Below, piece by piece: positions 1 through 11,725 of a stretch of DNA of 39,124 nt. This stretch comes from Atractiella rhizophila (lineage: Eukaryota): contig MU271222.1 of NCBI GenBank assembly GCA_021432655.1, forward strand, positions 1-39,124, given 5' to 3'. Under the pieces are notes generated by a model that worked only from the letters and a program-made list of their open reading frames with translations, was not told where the DNA came from and did no database searches. Both the position numbers and the translations under genes were made by a program. Within the stretch, counting starts at the first letter, position 1. Every line of letters begins with the position of its first letter.

Positions 1-959
1 GTAGTCGTTCGAATGGAAATATGTTTCTCACTCTGAGGACTGGGAGTAAGGAACGGTCAGCTGATACCCTGGGATTCTTGTGAGAGACGAAGGAGAACGA
101 ACTTGTCAGGATGGCTACAGACCAACAGCTAACCAACTGAACTAAAAGAGCTAATGATGGGTGTTTACACCCATCTTGGTCTGTACTTAAGGTATATCAG
201 GGGCTCGAACCCTGACAGAACTCTTTGACTTTGTGCTGAACTTTGTGATGCCATGGACGATGCCGGAGGGGGATTGCGATTGGCATGACATTGTTTTATG
301 GTATATGTGTGGATTGATGGCGTGAATAGAGAAGTCGTAGGAGGGAGGAACATAATGGAGAGACGGCCATCAAAAGCTGTTCCATGCAAAGTCAGTCTCC
401 GAATCCATCTAATAAGTAGCAGAACAGGAGCAATGCGGACCTGAACAGGAATGCTACAATCCCACGCAAGAAGGATGACAGTCCTACAAAAAAGTTTTGG
501 CATGATGGGTATTGTAACGTTCCACAGTGATAGTGACGTTGGTCCTCTAACCCTAGCAGGGCAGCGAATCCCATCTGGATTGTTGGCGCACGGAGCTCTT
601 GTGAGTCGATACACCTTGATCTGCGAGTGGACCTGGAAGCTTTAAGAGCAGCGGAAAGCGGAGCGTGTTCCGTCTTCGAATTGTCTGTGGATGGTCAGCT
701 TGTGGAGTACCTGAGTCTAGCCGTTGTCAATCTCCGCTTGCCTTAGCAAAGAAATGTGTACAAACCACTTTTGATGCAATGTGTGTGTTCGCTGGAAGCC
801 AGCCTTGCTTGGATGATAGTGCCTGTGGTCCCCCTTTGGATAACCCGGCAGAGCTTTGACAAAGTGAACAACGCGTCCTGCTCCATCGCATCACATGGAT
901 TCAGCGTTGTGACGGCTAAAGAGGGTTAAGTATGGAAGGCTGACAGCAAAGCAGATTAG

Positions 960-1382
960 TGTTACCTTCCAAGTTTGATCCCCCATCCCTCATTCGTCAA
1001 CCAGAGTCTCATCACATCACGCTCGCTAGTACTCTTCATTCCGAAAGAAGCAGCACCAATGCTGCACTGGTTCTCTACCATGCCACCTCCATCTCGACTC
1101 CTTTTTCTCCTAGATGCTTTCTTCAATCCATCCTCATCCTCTCATCGTCCATTTCCTCGACATCACCTCTCCATCCAACATATGCTCCCGCTTTCCACGT
1201 AATTCCCCTCCTCCTCCTCAATTCCAGAATCCCGCTCGCCCCCTCTCCTAACGAAGACATTAGAGAATTAGGAAGCCCTTTCTCACACACAGTTCCAGCG
1301 AGCCGGCTGGGGGAAGTCGGAGAGATGGATGACGAAAATGACACGTTAGATTGCTCGACGCGTCCCTCGCCAAGTTGTCAAA
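960..1382 (-). pseudogene. 3' fragment of unidentified gene family 'Y', truncated next to the transposon
   Basis: Aligns by eye with 20560-20945 and 28090-28450 (same orientation) and with 12240-12600 (inverted). The minus ORF ends in VEEMDDERMRMD, like EEMEDER of the 11819-12451 ORF. Confidence 0.6.
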
Positions 1383-1389
1383 CCCTTCG
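1383..1389 (+). repeat. Left target-site duplication CCCTTCG
   Basis: The identical 7-mer directly follows the right TIR, at 11719-11725. Confidence 0.8.
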
Positions 1390-1417
1390 CCCTGTGGAAA
1401 GTCCAGGCTGGTTTTTT
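1390..1417 (+). repeat. Left terminal inverted repeat
   Basis: CCCTGTGGAAAGTCCAGGCTGGTTTTTT versus the reverse complement of the right end, CCCTGTGAACAGTCCAGGCCAGTTTTTT (24/28). Confidence 0.85.
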
Positions 1418-1640
1418 GAAGGATTACCAGGTCTGGTTTTTTACCAGAGTCCACTCCGGTGAAGTTGCAAGAATACCAGGTGGAAATCCAGGTAATTCAA
1501 AAGGGAGGACTGGTAAATTACCAGAGAGAGTGGAGCGGGGATGAAAGGACCGCACCTCGGTTTCCAGTGCTCCAGACTGGTTATTTACTTGTGTCCAGAC
1601 TGGACTTCAACAGGTAAATAACCAATTATTTTACCATCTC
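1418..1640. repeat. Left subterminal repeat field (TACCAG/CTGGT motifs in both orientations)
   Basis: Many ACCAG/CTGGT/CCAGG motifs. The quasi-palindrome GGTAAATTACC at 1512-1522 recurs at 11658-11668. Confidence 0.7.
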
Positions 1641-1961
1641 ACCCAGTTTCTGTTCGATATTCTCACAGGGACTCCTTATTTCATTACCGGGCACCGTATT
1701 TTCAAAATCGCCGCTCTTGCTCACATATTCTCGCACAAATATTGTCATAAAAAGAGAAATGATAATTGCAACCCAATGTTGTGTGAATCCCTGGTTCCCT
1801 CTAGACACAGGCTATCAGCCTAGCAACAAACAAAGCAAGTAAGTCGAAGGAAGACAAGCAAGAGAGCACGAACGGAGCCTGCTTTAGCAATCTGCTAATA
1901 CGACGCCTTCGCCTTCGCCTTTCCGCCGTTCGCGCGCCGCCTCGTCCGCCTTCTGCTCCCT

Positions 1962-4200
1962 CTATCCTGCTTCCACTCCGACTCCTTTCCAAGGCACAAT
2001 AACGATCTGCATGACCGAGTAACGAGTAATTAGAAGAAGACAACATTGAACAAACCTTGGTACAGTTTCTTGCGCATCGCCGTCGGAGCCTCCTCTTGCG
2101 CTTCGCGTCCTCCAAGTCCTTGTACAAAACTCGCTCGAACATCTCGATTGCTACAAATGAAGCCTACACCCGAGTTAGAGAAAGAAGATGATGAAGGTAC
2201 TGACATGACACAAGAATGAAGGTACTAACCTTCAACTGCTCATCACCAATACCCGGTCTGCTGCTCCACTACTCTCTTGACGTATTATCGGCTCGATTTT
2301 CATGAGGGTTCCTTGCATAAACGTAAGACAAACGAGTTAGAAGTTGTCTGTGAGAAGGCGAACCGAGATGGGCCGAAAGTGCAAAATGAGTGTTTGAAGG
2401 AATCTAAAGAATAAGGAGTGATATCAGCGTATGTCAAACGTTTGAAGCAAGGCAAAAACGTATAGAAATTGAAAGAAAATGTGCCACTTCTTCCTCAATC
2501 TTCAAGTCCCCCCTCCGCGGAACAGCTACACTTTCGAACCAAACCAAAGGTCGCGAAAACGATTTCCACGCCCACAAAACCATACTATATATTCTAAAAC
2601 ACTCACAGAGTGTGAAGATGCGGCTAGAGCACCTTCCCATCCCCTTGTACGTGTTCACTACATTCCTTCGAATTCCTTCACTCCGAGACCTTCCCATCAA
2701 CCGACGCGTCGCTACTTAGCTGGAGACATAAGAACCATCTAAGAATCCACATTCATTTGTCATAAAGGAGACCTGATGTTGAAATGGCATCGAATGTTCG
2801 TCGAGGCGGGGTTCCCAAAAAGTGCTGAAGGCGAGAAAAAAAACGCGTTTTTCGCATCAAAAACCTGCGATGGGGTGGGAACGAGATGGGGGGATGTCGA
2901 TATCGATTTAGGAGGATGATGCACGGGAATAATGCTGTTTGAGGGAGTCGAGGAGGAGTCGAGTTCGTCGATTTTGAAGTTTCAGCACGGTCTGAGACAA
3001 ATGTGGCCAAACAATCCTCGAGCAGACGACGGACGGAAAGTCCTCAACTCAACAACAGCTCCAGCTCCAGCGTAGCCTGAGCGGAGTACCTGAGTCAAAC
3101 TATTCGAAAGAAGGGCAGAAGATTGATGATCTGAAGTGGAAGGGTGGCGAGGTGATTCTCCGGTGTGTTTCTTGTTGACTTGACAGAGAAGTCGAAAAAG
3201 GGTAGCTTCTGCATTGTGGCCTGGGCATCTGTGCAGTGACAGGCGTTTACAGATGCGAAGTTTACACTTTGGAGACTTCTCTGTGCAAGGAAGTTCGATT
3301 CTCACTTTGTCTGATTGCAGCGCTGCCGCTGTGCAGGAGAGGGGCACAGGTATCTTCCTCAATCTGCCTATGCCTATACCTACCACAGCCTACCACGATG
3401 AGCAGCCCTTTTTGACGATGGACGGCGCTCTCGAATTAACTTCAGCCCATAACGATGAGTCCATCCTCCAGCACTGTGCCTAAGCAGAAGAAGATCCTCA
3501 TGTCTGTGGACTGAGAGCTATTGCAACAGTTTTGTAAAAGACAGAGAATTTCCTTCTGCTTTGGTACAGTATCTGGAGGTGTACAGGATTGGGATCTTTA
3601 TCTGGTATGGTCTTCCTCCGGTTTTTTTCTCTCTGCTGAAGATTTCTTGTGTTCGGTAGCTCTCATGCTCTCAATCGTCTCCACCATGACTTTGACTTTC
3701 CCCTCGCCATCTATCATCTTGCCACTGCCCGTCTTTCGTGGCTTCACAACGGTGCCTCTCCACCTCTCCCGCTCACTTTCCGCAGGAGCAGAATCTTCCG
3801 AGGCGTGGGTGTGGATGTGGATGGCGAAGTGCTGGTCTATTGGGCAAGTTCTCTCCCGTCTCGGAACTTGTTGAGGGCTACGACATGTCGACGGCCGCCT
3901 GGTGCCGAGAGATGGATCACAGAGATAAACCTCAACGGTAAGCTAAGTTCTTTCTTTTGTTCAGGCGTTAATATAACTCGCTCGTTTGTAGTCCCGACTC
4001 CGCTTTGCCATGGCCCACTTGCTCTCCCTTCCATTAGCCATTCCCGATATCAACCTCTAGCGAGCATCGGCAGGAGTCTCGTACGTTGAGATTTCGAAAC
4101 AACGGGATGCAATTATCGATTTGCGATGAGCTTATGAACATCCATGTCTGTTCTCACTCGCACTCGTTCAGGACTAATCGCTTCAAACAGTCTTTCAATC
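1962..4200 (-). pseudogene. Degenerate multi-exon gene of unknown product inside the element (5' limit uncertain)
   Basis: Canonical minus-strand introns 2229-2164 (GTTAGT..CTAAC..TAG) and 2055-2007 (GTTTGT..CTAAT..CAG) splice to ...DEQLKASFVAIEMFERVLYKDLEDAKRKRRL...KIVIVPWKGVGVEAG*. The upstream part has many stops. Confidence 0.4.
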
Positions 4201-4759
4201 ATACTCTGCACAGCATGGATTCTAGCTGGAGTTTGTCCCACATCCCACATGACAGGTATCTCCTCTCGCTTCTACCACCGTTGTGTGCTTTCTCCTTCTA
4301 ACTCATTCTCCTTTTAAGCAGTGTCCGATCTTTTTGGCATGATTCTCTCCATCCTCTCTTCATCCGCCCCTCCTGTTCGACCGAAACCGACTTCTCAACT
4401 CCCTGGGTTCCTGTCCCTCCGCAACTTCTCTTACCGACACCTCTCACTCTTCCGTCTCTTAGTCTAGTTGGCAAAAGTTAGAATCTGTAAAGATTTCCAA
4501 AGTGCTAGGTACTTTGGCTGGTTTATGAGCGGAAAAGTGTTTCAATGAGTAGTGGACCTTCGACTTCAATCCATTCCGAGTGTTCTCAATACAGCTAGTT
4601 CACGCACACCAGAAACTTGGGATATAAGCCATTCATTTCAACATTCTTTTGTTTCGGCTGCTAAGATATAATATGTACTTATGGATAAAGATATTTGGTT
4701 GTTCTGTCAATCTTGATTAGAGCATACAATGAAATGAAGAACTACTTACTATACTTGGA

Positions 4760-6217
4760 GCATTTCATTTCGCTTCTACCCTTGACGGCTTAGGCTTTCA
4801 CTTTCTTCCCGGTTTTCTTCTTCTTCTTGCTACTGCTTATTTCGGCTACCTGCGCCTCTTCTTCTCTAGCTCTTCTTTTTCTAGTCCTGCCTGCGACTCA
4901 TATATCCCCAGAACCAACCGTAGCGCGTGTGGTGCCCGTGCTGGGAGTGCTGATCACACCGTTGATGGCATTGCTTGTGCCTGCGATACCCTCGTTGGAA
5001 GTGCCATTGCTGGTGCTGATGGTGGGCAGAGTTGTGGCTGAGGTGGTTTCTTCATTTCCTGCATCAATGACCGCATCTACAAGGGCTTGCATAGTCTTCG
5101 TTGACGGCTGACTCTGTCTTGCCGGGTCGTTTTGTAGCCCAGTTAGGATGTGTTGACCATGGTCATGATTCGTGACGTCTCTGGCTCACAAAATCAGCTG
5201 TGTGATCTCACATTACAATCTTATCCACATACCCTTCACCAGAACTGCTCACCCTCACCGGTGCAGGATTGGAAGTCATTGGATCCTTCGGGATCTTAAG
5301 CCTGATTACTTGAGGAGCTACTATGCATTCCATCAATAAAGTAGGCATGTTGTGAAGCATCCAAACGAACCAACGATGGGACCAACGATGGTGCCATCAA
5401 CATCCTCTTCGTCGTCATCCGTTGTTACGCTCTGCTGGACTGTTAACTGCGAAATAATGTTTCAAAGTAAAAGACAGACTTTTTCTTTCCTCTTTTGCTC
5501 TCTAGCCGCCACCTTTGCATCGGTATGGTTCGCGACCGCATTCTCAAGAACACTTATAAGGTACCTCCTAGCTTTCTCCTCTCCCTCGCAGAGTCGGAAG
5601 ACCTCATGTCCGGCCATCAATCTTCGTATCGCCCAGGCTTGTGTTTCCTGCGAGAACTTGGTCCAGCGCACATTCTGCCCATTTACCGTCTTCCTCATCT
5701 CCAAGATGGTCTCGTCGACTAAATCCTTCACAATCTTCATAACCGGTGACTTGTGGATATAGTCACCATTCGCCATTTGGAGTTGCTTCCGAATCGAAGT
5801 CTTCCCTTGAATCCCTACTTCGATGGCTGCTTTCGTCCAGTACCGAATGTTGGGGAACTTCTCCTTCTCGTATGTGGGTGGAACACTGACAGAGGTGAGA
5901 GAAATGGGAGCCGGAAGGGAGGCTGAATGTGCGAATGGATTCGTGAAGTTTGATGCAGGCTGCATGGTACCGACTTTTTCTTCAAGAATCTTGACCTTGT
6001 CTTTGAGGAGCTCGATGACGGTCTCGTTTCCTGAAACAATAACTTGGAAGCTTGTCGTATCTTTCCAGTATTGAACATAAAGGGGATTGAACATGAGCTG
6101 TTCATGCGAAAGGTTGGAAATGGCTTGGGTTGAAAGATGAGGTGTAGCAAACTGTTGGGGAGTAGCAAACTGTTGAGGGGTGCTAGGAGTACCGGGGTGG
6201 AAGCTGGTAAAATCCAT
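4760..6217 (-). pseudogene. Transposon accessory gene (ORF2), divergent from the transposase, multi-exon, with downstream in-frame stop
   Basis: Long first exon starting MDFTSFHPG, with a coiled-coil-like stretch and EKFPNIRYWTK and FRLCEGEEKARRY motifs. Several GT..AG introns follow, then a T/S-rich region and a K-rich NLS-like end. There is an in-frame TGA at ~4898. Confidence 0.6.
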
Positions 6218-6373
6218 TTTCGTTGTTGAAGTAAGTGCAAACCGAGGTGGATGTACGAGAAAATTCCACTTGTGGCGTCGCTTGAGTAAATCTGTGCCGT
6301 AAAACCAAATCACATCAAGCCTGAGCCTGATTTTTCCTTGATCAGGTATTGCACCTCGCACTTTTACCAGGCA

Positions 6374-9300
6374 ATGTCGAGCATACACATTCCTGCAGGC
6401 AAGAAGCGTTGTGGTTGTCCTAAGCATCATGCTTCCCCTTTCATCGATAAATCAACTTATAGTCGTTGTTTCAAAAGCCACCAGCAGCGTGGAAAAGAGG
6501 CGGAATGGTTCAACTTCCAGCGAACAGACCTAGCTCAGGTATCTCTTGAGCCAACTATGTCGCAAAGAAGCCAGTTGTCAACTCCCAGCAGAGGTGAACA
6601 ACATTCTAGCTTCGACGAGTCTAGATCACAGGCGAATGAAACTTGTATGCAACAGATTTACCTATTTACTTTGTTTAAACCAAATTTAGATGGACCAGAT
6701 GAGGCTTCATCGTCTGCGAGTGAAGAAGAGAGCATGCAAAGTGAACCTGAGGCTCCAGATTCCACTAATCATCCTCCTTCCCCAAGGGAAGCTGCGGCAT
6801 CTCCTGCATCCTTCTCATTTATGCCACTTCAGCCTGAACCTGCTTCTCCGAACCTTTCAAGTTTTTTTGTCAACGAGGATTTTCTATTTTCTGATGGAGA
6901 CGATCATGACGATGACGATGAGAGCACAGGAGCCTTGCCCTCAGATGGCTTGGACGAGGATGATTTTCTGGAAATGGATGACTTTGATTCAACCCATCAA
7001 GGTGAAGCTTTCGAGTGGAATGATATGGAGTTTGAGCATGACCTTCCACATGCTGAAGATCTGCCACCACCACCGGCTATTGAGCTGGATGACGACGAGT
7101 TTTTTAATCTTTGCCTCTATCAGTGGTTTCGGGAGCACCCCGGAGTCACGCAAGTGGCTTTCGACAACTTGCTTCATCTCTTACAACATTTCAACCTTTA
7201 TAACAATTTGCGCTCTCGATATCGCAGTGAGAACATGGCAAAGAAACTTACTGGTCTTAATGGGAACGAGCGGGATTGCTGCATCAACTCGTGTATTGCT
7301 TATACTCGGCGGTATAAGGATACTTTGAGTTGTCCTCATTGTGGTGAGGCAAGATACGACGAACGGAGGTTGGCAGAGGGAAAGAACGTTTCTCGCAAGA
7401 CCTTCACTTGGCTCCCTCTTGCTCCTTGTATTCAAGCAATGTATCGTGCTACCTTTCGTGCTGAAGCCATGTTGTATCGTGCAAGGGCTACTGCAGCAAT
7501 GCGATCCAATCCAGACAAGCCCATTGAGGACTATATCGATTCAGAAAATTACAAGAGGCTCCTTGAACGGTTTTTCAGAGATGATCGAGACGTTGCCTTG
7601 CTCTTTTCATCCGATGGCGCTCAAATCTTTCGTGACAAGCACTCTGATGCTTGGCTTGTAATGTTGCTGAACTTGAACTTGTCTCCTGAAGAACGAGTTA
7701 AGAAGCACAACATGATTCTTGTCTCAATCATTCCTGGACCTAATAACCCTAAGGATATCTTTACTTTTCTTCAAGAACCACTGGAAGAATTGAGGAAGCT
7801 TGAGACCGAAGGTGTTCATGTCTGGGACGAGAAGGAGAGGGAATGGTTCATCTGTCACATATACCTTCTCCTTGGAGCGGCTGATATGCAGGGAAGCTCA
7901 AAATTTGCTTGCACTGTGGGTCCACATGGCAGGTGTGGTTGTAGCTCTTGCTATCTTATTGGTTATTATGCCGGAAAGAGTGGTTACTACTACGCTTTCG
8001 AAAACCCTACCGATGACCTTGAATTTGGGACAATGAGGCGAAGGAAGAAAAATATTCGCTGAAAGCAGTATTCAAGAGATTCACCACCTCCTCTACGTAC
8101 AGACGATACCTACGGGCGAGAAATGACAAAACTTTTGCTTGCAAAATCTCAAGAGGAGACAACAAAGCTTACCACCAAGTTTGGAATCGCACGAAAGACT
8201 CCTTTCGCCAGTTTCGATACTTTTATTTGGCCCTATTTCTTTCCAATCGATGCCATGCACCTTTTTTTTCAACTCGTTACACTTTTATGTTCAAGATCTG
8301 GCGTGGTGATGAGCAGATGGGTTTGAATGGCACGGAAGACTTTGTTATCCCCGAAGAAAGCTGGGAGAAGATTGGTATGCGTTCCATCTGTTGTTACAAG
8401 GTATACATCTGACAGTTCCTGGATAGGTATATTAATGGAGAATGCCTCTCGCTTTTGGCCAGCAGCATTTGGCGAACGACCTCACAATATCCACACTTCT
8501 TGGACCTCCTACAAGAACAAGGATTGGGCACAATGGTGCTTTATCTGGTCTCGCCAATTTTTGCCACACTTTTTACCCCCGATATATCTGGATCACTAGC
8601 TGAAATTCGTCAAAGCTGTGACAATCGCTTGCCAGAGACAAATTACCCATGAGGAGCTGCTCGAAATGAAGCACCTTTTTGAGGAGTTTCACGACGAGTT
8701 TATGCAGCTGTATTATCAGCGGAAGATCAAGCGCATCAAGATGTGCCGCATGGCTCTTCATCGCCTTTTGCACGTCTACGATTGTATTTTGCAAATGGGC
8801 CCTGTCTGGGTCTACTGGCAGTATCCGATGGAACGGTTGATTGGCCAAATGGTTCAATCTCTTCAGAATGTCACTCAGTATACGGCCAATTTAGTGCGTC
8901 TTATGCTTCACCGTGAACGCGTAAATATCGTCAACTGGCTCTGTCCAATCCCAAAGAGGGCCCTTGCGTCGAGCATTGCCTTTGAGAAGAGTAAAGTCGA
9001 CAACTCTCGTTTTTTGACTGTCAAGAGAGAACTGAACCCGTCGTTGGACAAGTCAGTTCGAGAAGATCTGGTGCGATTCATTTATTGGCAGTACAACAGT
9101 AAAGATTTTGCCGGTCTCATCGACGAGGATCTCAACTCAGACGTCTCAAGTAGTGATTCCGAAGACAGCACTTGCTCAAACATGTCAGTGGACACGACCC
9201 AGTCATCTTCTGAGGAGACCCAAGTATCATTTGGCAAACTGAGAGAGGTCGTTCGATGGGGAAATCTCAAGTTGGCGGGAAACAAGCAAACCATTCGCTC

Positions 9301-9825
9301 AATGTGGGTTGAGTCCGGTTGGAAGCGAAAGGAGCTTACGAGAAGTGCAACTTGTATCTCAGTGAGTGGTTGTTACCTTTGCACGACTCGTCTAATACCA
9401 TGCAGTTCGTTAATCGGGACAGGGAAACCAGTGAACTGCAAGGATACTTTGGCGTCGTGCAATTCTACCTCACTTGTCGGTTTCAGGACCACTGCTTCCA
9501 GCTCACATTCGTTACGGTTGTAGATGATCTGAGAGGAGAAGTTGAGCGAGGCGATCTTTCCTGCTGCTTTTCTGACGAGACACCTCGAAGGAATCGCTTC
9601 ATTGACATTGGGACAATTAAAGGTCTTGTTTCTATCTTTCCTATTGATGAGCAGCTGTTAGAAGCAAACTCCAAGTCCGAGGAAGAAGAAGATATAGAAG
9701 AGGAAGAGAGCGGACAGTTTGAGGAAGATTGGGAGAACACACGGCAGGCTGTTGGGCAGCAGAGATATGGGATTGCTTGGAAGCATATGACCCTGCTCGC
9801 AAACTTGGAGTCGGATGATGACTGA
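6374..9825 (+). pseudogene. CACTA/EnSpm transposase (Transposase_21/tnp2 family, DDE), disabled
   Basis: Motifs CINSCIAY..CPHCGEARY, LLFSSDGAQ, IIPGPNNPKD, AADMQG, FFPIDAMHLFF, GPVWVYWQYPMER and FGVVQFY. Introns at 6645-6689 (probable), 8375-8426 and 9362-9404. Lesions: TGA 8060-8062, a frameshift at the T-run ~8262-8270, and TAG 8597-8599. Confidence 0.92.
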
Positions 9826-10084
9826 GCTACTTACATGGGTACCGGGTTTATTGTTTTTATTATGTTAAAGCAATAAAGAGATTGACAATCACTTCTTTTT
9901 GTATATATATGCCGTCTGCTCGCCAATTTCCATCCAAGATCAAGGAAGAGGTTTGTTGTCCGGCATGGGCTGAATGGACTGTGTCTCGGAGTGGGAGAGG
10001 ACTGATTACGATGGAAAAGACTAGGCGGCTAGTGTGCATGTGGCATGGGAGTGAGCGACGGTGGACGAGGGGCGGATGCAATTC

Positions 10085-11410
10085 AAGGAACTGAATAACC
10101 CTCAGCAATTGAGTGCTTTTGACTGTGGCCACACTCACTTGTCTTATCTCCTTAGCAAGCTCGCTCCGTTTCCCCCCAGTCCGCCGCTGCGTGAGGTTAT
10201 CCGGCTAGAATTCGAAGAGGTCATGCTCATTGTGAGATAAGGCTTAGAAAGAGGGGATACTGACTTATCACAATACTCCAACATCCATCCTGCTCCCTGT
10301 GCTGTTTCCATCTGACCTAGCGGCTAAGCTTCAGAGTCTATCAAAGTCGAATCGAGATTCAAGAACGACAAAGGTGAGGTGGAGAACAACATGGCCAGTG
10401 CACGGACAATCTTCTCGGTAGGGGTGAACCATTCGAACGAAGCTCTTTGTGGAGAAAGAGGTGGAAGAGGAAGCGAACAGAGAGACGGGTGGATGATGGA
10501 TGGGTGCAGTGTTAAGGTATCGAGATGTTGGAAGAGATTTGTGAAATGAGAAAGTTCAGCGCTGCCCCCCACGTAGTTTAGGATGGAACCGGCCGGTTAA
10601 ACTTGAGCAAGAGAGGACACACCTGGATAGTGGATCGTATTTATCATGCAGGCAACCAGCGTCAATCCTTCTTCTCCAATCAACTTGTATAGTTCTCCTA
10701 AGTACTCGTCGCTTCTCCTGGTCATGGCTACGTGATGGCTCATTGGAAGTCGATGGAGATGCCTTGGGGTGTCACGGTTTCGAAGAAGCCTGTTAGCAAC
10801 GGAGCTTCAAGAATCTAATCTGCCCCAAGATGAAGGCCGTCTTCTCTCTCCTGCCAACGGCGCCGAAAGTCTCAATTGCGATTTCTTGGATGATCCGTTA
10901 TGCTTCTGCCACCCCTCCCCTAGGAAGATCTGTTATCATATCAATCCGAAATCAGCTCCTCAGTGCGTAATGTAAGTATAAGAAGAATAGGGAAAAGCGA
11001 ACCTTTCCTTCCGTAACCATCCCTCAGACAGACCGTCAGTCCCTCTCTCTCATCCTCCTCTGCCTTTCCCGCCTCCCAAACCTCCATCACCGCTCCAACC
11101 ATCTTCTTTGTGCTCTCCCTAAGTTGTCCATGCTTCTTACTCAACGCCTGAACCTGCTCCTTCAGTTCATTCCAGTCTCTCCTTTCACTCAACAACTTCA
11201 CGATCACCAAAAGCATTCGTGTCGTCGAAGGCTGGTCAGATGCCGAACTGGTTTGTTTTCGAGAGCGAGAAGGGCGGAAAGCGCTTCTTAGACCCGTAAA
11301 ATTCTCTATTCAGCATGTTTTGAGCCCTGATAAGTAGAGAAATCGTGACAAACATTGGGAACGGCTAGCAATTCGTATCAGCTCGTCCACCTGGCTCGCG
11401 AAATCAGCAT
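10085..11410 (-). pseudogene. RPN5: Captured, decayed copy of the 26S proteasome lid subunit Rpn5/PSMD12
   Basis: Collinear Rpn5-like segments on the minus strand: DFASQVDELI, EALSALLALE-KQT..ASDQPSTTRMLL, LSKKHGQLRESTKKMV, VTEGK|IFL (across an intron), IIQEIAIETFGAVGRREKTAFILGQIR, SRIT..ETER. Frameshifts and stops occur throughout. Confidence 0.85.
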
Positions 11411-11499
11411 GCAACAGTTAGTTCAGCCTGGCATTTCTGCTCCAAGGAACAACTACTCACCGAGGTGCGTGTACTACTTGATCCTGATTGAACTCGGGG

Positions 11500-11690
11500 T
11501 GTCGTCGCAGTGGTTTTGCCTGCAGAAATGTGAATCATTGAATACTGGCTTCCCCAGTAAAAAACAGCTAAAAAAACCTGTTTACTCACCAGTAAAACCA
11601 GGCTCGACGTTCCCGCTTTCTCGCCCGGTATTGGTTCATTTTTACCAGCCTTGCCCAGGTAAATTACCGGCACTAAAAACCAGTGGTCAA
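11500..11690. repeat. Right subterminal repeat field
   Basis: Repeated ACCAG/CTGG motifs with A-tracts; GGTAAATTACC at 11658-11668. Confidence 0.7.
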
Positions 11691-11718
11691 AAAAAACTGG
11701 CCTGGACTGTTCACAGGG
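11691..11718 (-). repeat. Right terminal inverted repeat
   Basis: Its reverse complement matches 1390-1417 at 24/28 positions; it ends CACAGGG. Confidence 0.85.
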
Positions 11719-11725
11719 CCCTTCG
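11719..11725 (+). repeat. Right target-site duplication CCCTTCG
   Basis: Identical to 1383-1389. Confidence 0.8.

Larger units (their letters stand above)
1390..11718. mobile_element. CACTA/EnSpm-like (CMC) DNA transposon, ~10.3 kb, carrying cargo, transposase disabled
   Basis: TIRs match at 24/28 positions, both ends have subterminal repeat fields, a 7-bp direct repeat flanks the element, and a tnp2-type transposase lies inside. Confidence 0.85.

Noticed and set aside
1..900. ORFs 165-614, 392-574, 451-645 and 665-859
   Set aside because: No recognisable motif or consistent splice model; possibly decayed sequence, but I cannot assign it.
1390..1670. Possible MITE ending at the internal TCACAGGG (1663-1670)
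   Set aside because: Only 7-8 bp match the terminus and no target duplication follows; the true partner TIR is at 11691-11718.
5462..6430. 322-aa ORF overlapping the transposase start, and the 6338 start of the 574-aa ORF
   Set aside because: The extensions look like chance open frames; ATGs at 6217 (minus) and 6374 (plus) give non-overlapping, more plausible starts.
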